Assembly: GCF_009914755.1 (NCBI RefSeq)
Contig: NC_060937.1
Length of the DNA stretch: 64,000 nt
Source of the DNA: the human T2T-CHM13v2.0 reference genome, Homo sapiens
Direction: 5' to 3' (one strand)
Every line of letters starts with the position of its first letter. The stretch's first letter is position 1. The notes under the pieces were generated by a model that saw nothing but the letters and a program-made list of their open reading frames with translations, searched no databases and was not told the origin of the DNA. The position numbers and the translations under genes were made by a program. This document shows positions 51,021 to 64,000 of the stretch, piece after piece.

Positions 51021-52320
51021 CTAGAATCTTTTTGATTCAATGATAACTTTTCCTTTAGGTAGATACTCAGTACTGAAATTGCTGGATAGAACAGCAGTTC
51101 TATTTTTATTTCTTTGGGAAGTCTCCATACTGTTTTTCATACTAACTTACATGATACTTACATTAGGTGATACTAACTTACATTAGGTGATACTAACTTA
51201 CATGCCCACCAACAGTGCATTCCCTTTTCTCTGCATCCTCACCAATACGTTTTTCCTTTTCCTTTTTCATAGTAGCCATTCTGACTGATGTAACATGATA
51301 TCTCATGGTTCTAATGTGCATTTCTCTGATGATTAGGAATGTTGAACATTTTTTTCATGGCTTCTTGGCTACTTGTACCTCTTCTTTTGAAAAGTGTCTA
51401 CTCATGTCCCTTGCCCACTTTTTAATGGAGTTATTGTTGGTTGAGTCTTTGAGTCTCTTATAAATGGATATTATTTCCCTGCTTCATGCACAGTTTGCAA
51501 ATATTTTCTCCAATTCTTCAGGTTTTCTGTTCACTTTATTAATTATTTCTTTTACTTTTCAGAATCTTTTTAGTTGAATTAAGTCTCATTTGTCTACTTT
51601 TGTTTTTATTGTTTGTTCTTTTGAGGTCAGAGTCAGGAAGTTTTTGCCTAGACCAATGTTAAGAGGCATTTTCCCTAGGCTTTCCTCTGGTATATTTATA
51701 ATTCCAGGTCTACATGTAGGTCTTTAATTCATCTGGAGTTGATTTTTCTATATGTTGAGAGATAGGGATCCCGTTTCATTCTTTTGCATATGACCATCCT
51801 ATTTTCCCAGCTCATTTATTGAGTAGGGTATCCTTTCCCCAGTGTATATTTGTTGACTGTGTCAATGATCAGTTGATATATCAGTTGTAGATATGTGGCT
51901 TATTTCTGAGTTTTCTCTTATGTTGCATTGATCTGTGTTTCTATTTTTATACTAATACCATGCTGTTTTGTTTACTATAGACTTGTAGTATAATTTGAAG
52001 TCACTGATGCCTCTAGCTTTATTCTTTTAGCTTAGAATTGCTTTGGCTATTCTAGCTCTTTTTTGATTATATGTAAATTTTAGGATTGTTTTTCCTAATT
52101 TTGTTAAAAATGACATTGGTATTTTGACAGTAATTTCATTGAATCTATAGATTGCACTGGGTGGTATGTTTATTTTATGATATTAATTTTTCTTACTCAT
52201 GAGCATGGGATATTTTTTCATTTGTTTGTGTCCTCAGCAGTTTCTTTCATCAGTCTTCCATAGTTTTCTTTACATAGATCTTTCACTTCCTTGGCTAAAT
52301 ACATTCCTAGGTCGTTTATT
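51021..52320 (-). mobile_element. L1PB4 continuation (ORF2 3' part), 5'-truncated
   Basis: Resumes 'atctttttgattcaatga...ggtagatactcagta' where the left piece stops. Confidence 0.85.
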
Positions 52321-52877
52321 TTTCCATTAAATAAACTTATTTAGCAGAGTGATATGATCAAATACACAAGTTTGGTCATTTTTTTTTTTAATGAGTGGTG
52401 AGAGAAGCAGGTAAAAATGCCTAGTAGGTATTCTTCTTGGCTCATTGGTTTGATAGTACCACTAACTGAAATTCATATAGGATAAAGAGAAGAGAAAAAA
52501 GAAATAACTATACATTATTTAGAAATGTTACATTTGAGGTTCTTGAAGAACTTTTAGTGAGGAGTTTAGCAGAAATTCAGATAAACAAATATTAAGTTTG
52601 GGAGAAAGGCCTGGGTTTGAGCTAAAGCTTTAAAGTCAACTTGTAGTTGATACTAAAATCTATGGTAGTAGATTAATTTGTTTAAAAATATTATATAATA
52701 TATAATTATTGTGTACTAGGTATCCTTTAGCTAAGGATAAAAAAGGGAATCAAACTCATATTACCCCTGCCATAAGTGTGCTGTTACTCTGTTAAGGACA
52801 AAAACACAAAGTAAATAAATATAAATTGGGAAGTGTGATAGATCATATGATGTATTAGAAGTTTAAAAAAATGCTTA

Positions 52878-53215
52878 TGACAGGATTGCATTCCTATTTA
52901 TGGATAAATAGTTCCCCGTTGTACATATGTACATTTTTTTATCCATTTGTCTGTTGATGGACACTTAGATTGATTCCAAATCTCAGCTATTGTGAATAGT
53001 GCTGCAATAAACATGGGAGTGCAGATGTCTCTTCAGTATACTGATTTCCCTTCTTTGGATATTTACCTAGCCACGGAATTGCTGGATCATATAAATTACA
53101 TTTTTAGTTTTTTGAGGAACTTTTATACTGTTCTCCATAATAGCTGTCCTAATTTACATTCCCACTAACAGTCTATGATGGTACCCCTTCCTCCACATCC
53201 TTGCCAGCATTCTTA
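52878..53215 (-). mobile_element. L1MA-type fragment
   Basis: 'tatccatttgtctgttgatggacacttagattgattcca...gtgctgcaataaacatgggagtgcagat'. Confidence 0.8.
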
Positions 53216-54094
53216 TTTCCTTTAAATTGTGTGAACTGAGAGAAATCAAGCACAGTCGCGTGGGGGTGGAAGAAACCATGACACCTAGCACCTTATACAC
53301 CACCAGAGACATTTGGATTTCAAATGAAAGCAATGAGAAATCATTACAAATTTTAGTTTTTAAGTTTTAAGTGACATGGTAACATGCTAAAAAGTGATAT
53401 ATTACTCTTGTTATTAAATGGAAAAGTGGAACAGCAGAGAGCAGGAACGTTGTCCTAACATCATTCCCGAACTCTTGATCAACATTTTCATAACTTATGA
53501 AAAACTCACTAATCATAGCAGAGGTATCTTATATGGAAGAAATTGGGGCTCAGATAATCTTAATTACTTAATAGGCAAGTTATTGATCTGGCATAAAAAT
53601 TCAGGACTTCTGATCCGTATTTCAGTGATTTTAATGCAGGATGTATTACCTTTGGTTCTCTGAAAAATGCCTTTACTTCTGTGCATTTCCATAGTTTATG
53701 TCTGTTGTTCCACACCAAAAAACCTTCCTCCACCAGAACATTTTGCTGAAATTTTCTAAGACAAAGATCAACTGGCAAGAAACATTTTGAACTCAGGTCC
53801 TGTGGAACAAAAGTTGTGGGCAAGGTAAAGCTTGAACTTCAGCAGCAAAGCCAGACTGTCAGCAAGATTTCAAAATAATTTTCAAAATTTACAATCATGA
53901 GTACTAATCACCATAGGGTAGAGTTGTCATTAGCTATATGGACATTGACAGATATTGAATATTAGCTGGGCACATCAACTTAGGTGCAATCAACTAAGGT
54001 GCAAAATCATCAATATTTTAAGTCAAGAACATTCATAGAAGTAAAACCAATAGCAACAATATTGTCTTCAAAGAACCATATACATTCAAATATA

Positions 54095-54295
54095 ATAATT
54101 GTAGCAAATATAAATTGACTGCTTCATATGTTATAGCACTTTACATACTTTATATGGATCTCTCTTCAATAGGCACTATTATCCTTATTTTGTAGATTTA
54201 AAAAAATCTAGGACACACAGTGATCAAGTAATTTGCTAAATGTTCACATTGCTTGAAATCACCAGGTCTAGGATTTGAACCACAGCTGCCTGGCT
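54095..54295 (-). mobile_element. MIR SINE
   Basis: 'tattatccttattttgtagat...aagtaatttgc...ggatttgaaccac'. Confidence 0.65.
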
Positions 54296-55169
54296 TCTCT
54301 CTGTCCTTGTATACTTCAAAACAATCTTATTGAAGCATAACATTATAAATAGTGTTTGTCTTTATATTTTAATTATTAAAAGTTATTAAAATTCAGAGCA
54401 ACCAAGTTTAAATAGCTACAGCTTATTTTTTTAATTTTGCCATCAAAACAAATGGTTTTATATTTATTTGTACAGAGATTTATAAGACATAAAACATTAT
54501 TATAGTTTGAGAACATAGGACAGTGTTTTTTATCTTCATATACAGTTAAAACTGTTGTTCAGTTATAAGTACTAAATAATCCCTTACCTTAAAAAATGAA
54601 TGTCAGTGTTCAAGGACACAAAATTATTATGTCCATATTGTCTACAATTTTAGGTTGATTTCCTGTCATTTTATTGTTGGCTTGGTTTATAATCTGTTGC
54701 ATGAGTTAGTAAGTATGACAGCTGCCTGATTTGATCTAGGGGGAAAAACAGCATTCTGATAAAACTATACTAGTGAGAGAAAATAAAATATTATAATAAA
54801 CTTCTTACATCAGAAGGATATAAAGATCCTAAGGTACTATAAGGACCTAAATAAACATATTAGTCATAAATTAGATATATTTTATTTATAACTTTATTTA
54901 AATAATTAAAACAGATGTATCAAAAAGCTCCAGTAAGAGCCCTAAGGAAAAAATCATTTCCATTTGCTGCCTTATTACCAAATTTACGTGAATTCTCTAA
55001 AAGGTGAGATACTTTACTTTGCATGTTGGTTTGTACACATATTTTAAACATATTAATAAGTATTTTCCAAGGAGGTAGTTCTTTTATAGTATCATAAAGG
55101 AGAAAATAATCTTTTTATAGTTTACTTTTTATTTAACTATAGTTAAGTTTATCAATTCCATTTTGGTAG

Positions 55170-55410
55170 AGAAAATAATTGCTGACATTTAATAATGAGT
55201 TAACTTTCTCTAGGCCATTGCTTTACATGTGTTAAATCATTTAATATTCACAATAACTTTATGAAATAAGGGTCATTATTAACTCATTATATAATGAGGA
55301 AACTGAGATATGGAGAACAGAGGCAAATTTCTCAAGGTTATACATTTAGTAAGTAGATGAGTTGAGATCTGATTGTAGGCTATTTCTGAGTCAGATATTT
55401 TAACTACATT
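55170..55410 (-). mobile_element. MIR SINE
   Basis: 'tcatttaatattcacaataactttatga...atgaggaaactgag...caaggttatac'. Confidence 0.75.
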
Positions 55411-55557
55411 AAACTGAAGTATATATATTTCTCCAGGAGTTAATGGAAACCTGCTTTGGAGAGGCTAATATTTAAGTTACATAAGGAGAATTCTTTTTTG
55501 AACAATAAGTACATATTTTTATGCAGCAATGCTTTTATCACATTTTGGAATATGTAC

Positions 55558-55925
55558 TGTCTTAGTCCATTTGTATTGCTTTAAAAAATACTCAAAACTG
55601 GATAACTTATAAAGAATAGAAATTTATTTCTTACAGTTCTGGAGGCTAGAAGTCCAGAATCAGGATGCTGGCATCTGGTGTCTGTTGAGGGCCTTCTTGC
55701 TGCATCTTCACAGGGTGGAAAAGACAGAAATTACAAAAGGAAGGTCACCAAGTCCTCACATGGCAGAAGAGTGGAAGAGTAAGAGAGCTTCAACCTCAAG
55801 CCATTTACTTAGAGTGCTAATTCTATTAATAAGTTGGAGCCCTCATGACTTAATCATTTTTAAAAGGCTACACCTCAAGTTTCAATGTGAATTTTGGAGG
55901 GGACACCCTCATTCAAACCATAGCA
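55558..55925 (-). mobile_element. ERVL-MaLR solo LTR (MSTD/MLT1A-like)
   Basis: 'tgtcttagtccattt...cagttctggaggctagaagtcc...tttcaatgtgaattttggagggg...attcaaaccatagca'. Confidence 0.85.
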
Positions 55926-58900
55926 CGTGCCATAGTTAAAGGTTTTTGTTTTTCTATGTTGAAGAAAAATTCTAGTAAGTGAAAAATTCTGTAAGGAAGA
56001 CATATTCTTCAGTTCTTGTCAATCTAGAGGTTAATTTTTTAAATAAAGGTGAATATACACTAATCTGTTAGTCAAAGTTAATTCCAAAGGGTAGAATTAT
56101 ATTGCATGACAACAGTGAGGGAGACCTTTACATTTGAATGTTTTTATTTTGTACCATTTGCATTTTTACAGTAACCATTTTAATTTTGTATTTAAAATAA
56201 GACAAAAAGGTAAAAATTCCAGGCAGGGACTGGGAAGAAGTGCCGTAAGTGTCAGTTTTATTTTATGGATAGGAAAATGGCTATTAAGAGAAGGTAGGTA
56301 AAATACTCAGCATCATCTAACTCCAAAGTCCACAGACTTTTCATGTAAATTGAAGAACAGAAAAGAAGGCAAGCAAGCAATTTAGATTTAGAAATTCAGC
56401 CTTGGGCTCTATTAGCTGCATAACTTGTGTTAAAACCTATCATTCAATCAGGATTCCTGCCATAAATTTTTAACAGGCAGGAACTCTGTCATATTTACCT
56501 CTATCCTAAAACGTTTGGCCCATAGTTAGAATTCAGTAGCCATTGAATTTGAATGAATTGAACAGAATGTTTATTTATATTCAAGGCAATAATGATTTTC
56601 CATGAAAATGTATTTACATATCTCGTAGTTCCATCTCACATTTTTAGGTTAAGAATCAAATTTTTCCTTGAAACGTAAATAGGTCATTCAGTAATCCATT
56701 ATTCAAAATGAAAATAAACAAATAATTGTCATTGACATACAGCCAGCCACTTTTTAAATTAGTGGGAATGAGCAGTGGCCCTCTTATTCTGTAGCATCTG
56801 GAATTCTTATAAACTTTCAAAGGAGTCAAATGTTTCAGAGTATTATTTTCTTCATATTTTTCTCTCTTCCCACCTCTTTTCAGCTTTTTGTTTATCTCCA
56901 GTGCTCATCCATAAAACTCAGTATGAAAATAAAGTTTTAAATAAAGGAATGAGGATTACCATGCAGCATAACATATTTCAGTTCTCTTTCCCTATACTCA
57001 AAATCTGAGCGTTGGTAGCAACTTCAAATGTCTTGGGCTTAAGGAATATGTCATATTAACTCCCTTAATGTGACTTAACAACAGAACAATAGTTTATTCT
57101 TAAGTAATTATATTTGAAGAAAAGAAACTATAATTAAATAAACAGAGAAACCCTTGATCTGTTATTAATGATTTTTAAAGAATATTTTGAAAGCCATGGA
57201 AACTCCTACCCTAAAACTAATTTTAAAATCAGGCAGTTTCATATATTGTGTAAGAAAATTTATATAATACTATTTTTGAAGCTACTTCAGCATCCTAATT
57301 TTCCTATAATCATCATCCTCTTTCAATATCCATTATCTTTGTATGCCTAGGGTTCATGTTTAACGAATCAAGCTATAGTCATAAAAATAGAAACACATTT
57401 TAGTAACTATTGCTATTACACTAAAAATACATTTGGATCTATAAGATTTCACAAATTCAGGACTCTTTCCCAATACCAAATGTCTTGAATTTCCTACAGT
57501 TGAGCGAAATAATAGTTCTGCATTGCTTTTCTAATTAAAGAGCAGAAAGTTAATAGCTTTGGACATCTCTGCAAAATGAGTAAATGTGTCCTCCTGCCTT
57601 GACATTTCCTCCAGCATTGATTTGAAAACACTAAATGTATTTTATTTTGTGGAACCAGAGCACAAAAATCCACCCAGTAATTATTTTCCATTGATATTCC
57701 CTCAGTGAGTTTGCATTTGTAGGATAAGAATTGGCATTTATAATTTAGAGCCAGTCAAATTATAGAATTTGTAGACTGAAGCTCTTTATTTTTATTAGTA
57801 TAACCTTACAAAGTGATGGGATGATTTTGTACAGTCTATTCATTTGTCTCTTATTTCAAAATTAATTAAATAAGAGCCATTTTGCCTATAGAACAGAGCA
57901 GGAGAAGTTTCTTGAGCACATTTTTAAAAAATACATTTATTAGAAAACTTATTTTGACACTTTAAGACCAAGGCACAACTAAGAAATCAAGTTTACATTA
58001 AATATTTTAAGGGAAGATCGTCTAAATGCAGGCTTCAGGTCTGGTCAGCAGGACACCTCCCCCAGATTTGTAGTGAACTTAGGAACTTTTGCCTTCACAT
58101 AGGTGTTGGGAACCTGAATAATGCCCTTTATATTGATTATATGCCATCAAGAAAAAAGTCAGGGTAGTGCAGGTGTGGGCAATGAGATGAAGCAGTGGCG
58201 GAGGTCAAACTGCAGATAAATGAAATATCAGTCAGCAGTCATATGCTCTCTCTTTCTGAGATTTAGAGTATAGACCTTCCCTGTGGGATGCTGAAATCAG
58301 AGAAATTCACACTGCATCTGTCTTTCAACATTCTCCACAAATTATAATTAATATACAGATAAAACCAGGCTTAAAGAAACGTAGAGTTATTTACCCTTAA
58401 AGAAAAGAAAAGTTATAAAAAGTCAAGCCAAAATGCTATATGGAAGTTGGCAAAGAATAATTTCATGAACATTGCTCTGATGCTTGGCTTGTTGATGGTA
58501 TGTGGTTTTGGGGATCCTTCCCCTTCCCCCCTTTTTTTCCTCATTCTGTGAGATTCATGTAGAATTTGGAACAGGAATAATTACTTCATTAATTAAAGGC
58601 ACCTAATATATGGGACAAAATATTCTGGTGTGGTAATTGATGGACTTCTCTTCATTGACTATAATATCTATGCATAGTCAGTGACTCACAATCTTAGTCT
58701 TCAACCATGACCTGTATATTGAGACCAGACAAAATACTGTCAACACACTCTGAAGGAAAGTCTTTATTATCCATCAGGGCTTTTTTCCTTGTCTTCCTAT
58801 CTCTGTTGATATCACTATCTATTTTTATTTTGGTCTAATCTACAAGAGATTGTTGTTCTTCACTTTGTGCTGCCATCTCCCCATTACCTTCCACAACCAT

Positions 58901-59088
58901 TGGAACAGTGGTCTATTTGTAATGAGTCTCTAACTTCTCCTCCTTTTCTTCTTTTGGGTTGCTATTATCACACTCTATCTTGTGACAATCTCCATAACAG
59001 ACTACTGCAGTCATCTCCAAAACCATGGAGGAAAAAAGAGTCAACAAGGAGAGTAATGAGATTATGTCTTTCACAAAGATAATTCTTT

Positions 59089-59373
59089 TTATTATTATTA
59101 TTATACTTTAAGTTCTGGGATACATGTCTTGAACGTGCAGGTTTGTTACATAGGTATACACATGCCATGGTGGTTTGCTGCACCCATCAACTCATCATTG
59201 ACATTAGGTATTTCTCCTAATGCTATCCCTCCCCTAGCCCCCAACCCCCTGACAGGCCCCGGTGTGTGATGTTCCCCTCCCTGTGTCCATGTGTTCTCAT
59301 TGTTCAACTCCCACTTATGAGTGAGAACATGCGGTGTTTGGTTTTCTGTTCCTGTGTTAGTTTGCTGAGAATA
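59089..59373 (-). mobile_element. 5'-truncated L1PA7-like 3' end with TSD
   Basis: 'taagttctgggatacatg...ttacataggtatacacatgccatggtggtttgc'; TSD ataattcttt at 59079-59088 and 59374-59383. Confidence 0.9.
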
Positions 59374-59555
59374 ATAATTCTTTCAAAGGATAACACTTTG
59401 TTCAGAGTGGAGAAAAAGACAAAAATATTTTTGTAAGTCTTGTGACTTCAACTTAAGGATATTTAAGATAGAGGATATTACAGATTCCATCATTGTTTTC
59501 ACGAAGGTCTCTTGGAGGACCCAGACACTGGTATACCTATTCTTTTTTAACAATA

Positions 59556-62715
<3,160 letters not shown>

Positions 62716-62719
62716 CTTA

Positions 62720-62935
62720 TAGTAGGCACAGCCTCTGGAACCATCCGCTTTAGTTCTAGTACCTCATAATTTATAGGCCTTGGGCTAATTTTATTAATAT
62801 CTTTGTGCATCACTTTTCTCATCAATAATGTAAGGATAATAATTTTCCCTTTATAGCGTTTATATGCAGATTAAAATAACATATGTTTAGCACCAAGAAC
62901 AAGGCCTAGCACATAGTGAGAGCTGTATAAAGTGT
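62720..62935 (+). mobile_element. MIR SINE
   Basis: 'ccttgggcta...ttttctcatcaataa...ggataataat...gcctagcacatagt'. Confidence 0.7.
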
Positions 62936-64000
62936 TAAGGACTTTCATTCGATTGTCTCCCCTTCATCCATACCATATTTAGAAGTGGGGTTGAGTAGAA
63001 TTGGATATGTTTAGCTTTAGAATCCCTGTCTACTATGCCTGAACCCAGGAACAGGCAGAGTAAATGGCTAAAGGGATAGGTCTTGTCATATCCCAGGTTA
63101 GATAAAACTTATGTCAAAATCACATGGTATTGATGGTCATTCTTTTTAGTTCATTGATTTAAAGACTCCATTTGATCGGCTTAAGAAATCCTCAGGCAGA
63201 AATGGGAGTGCAAGACTAGGGAAATTGCTTTTGGGAATCTAATACTAATAATTATTACCATAGTCTCTCCTCTTCGTCATGTTTGGTCCTCTAAGTGGAC
63301 ATAGATAGAAGAGACATTCTGACCTCTTGAAAACAATACATTTTGGATGTTCCTATGTTTTAAAGAAAAATAAACATGTTATCCAAAGTCACAGCAAAGG
63401 AAAATTAACAAATTCATTAATCAGAGTTCTTTTTAGTAAAATAGTTAATATGCTTATTGAAGCACAAACTCCCTATTGCTTCTGCTTTTGGAATTTGTGT
63501 CCAAATTCAAATTTTATTAATTAAAGAAAAGGTATAACATACTATTATGTCAGATGACGAATAGTCATTTTATTAAAAGTATATCTTATTTAAAACAAAC
63601 AAATGATTTAATTAGTTGAAGAAAGTAGAAATGGATTCTAATTAGTGGATTTTCTGATTATTCTTTCCCATGGCCTTTAGCTGTGACAAATTAGGAAAGA
63701 CTGAATAAAACAGTGAAAGGAAATCAAATTATCTCTGCTCATTTAATTTTTAAGTATTTAATAAATCTGTAAATGTTAATCTACAAAAAATATTGTATTT
63801 ATATGATTGAATTATAAATAGATGATAAAAACATTTGACAGTGAAAAGAATTTCATTTTAGAAGCCAGATGATCTAAATTTTCTTTATCTGTTAACTGTA
63901 GTGTCAGCTCCTGCAGACCTCATTTTCTCATCAGGAAATGGTGACTGCCCCAAAAACCCTTCTCCTGATCCATGAATTCTTCAAGCTTTGGCTTATGTGT

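Overview
Primate, probably great-ape or human, AT-rich non-coding DNA (gene desert or deep intron). Species is inferred from an L1PA2-type insert and an AluY. I find no credible host protein-coding exon, tRNA, rRNA or CpG island. The long, recognisable ORFs are LINE-1 remnants; the rest are chance frames in Alu, LTR, MER, low-complexity or AT-rich DNA. The window holds two full-length-sized dead L1s (+ 1361-7507; - 43704-51020, nested in an L1PB4), truncated L1s, about 8 Alus, three ERV solo LTRs (MER11 and two MER50-group), MaLR LTRs, a complete Tigger1 and MER/MIR/L2/L3 fossils. I did not find a new gene system. Best second-look items: (1) a near-perfect palindrome with 48-bp arms at 20752-20855 outside any repeat I recognise, a candidate de novo miRNA or cruciform; (2) the first L1 looks like an old/young chimera (L1PA6-7 5' half, L1PA3 3' half) with no TSD and an orphan Alu right arm, suggesting an L1-L1 mediated deletion; (3) interlocked direct and inverted duplications at 12.0-13.4 kb; (4) several template-switch scars inside Tigger1 and L1PA16. 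All subfamily calls come from remembered consensus diagnostics and need RepeatMasker/Dfam confirmation.
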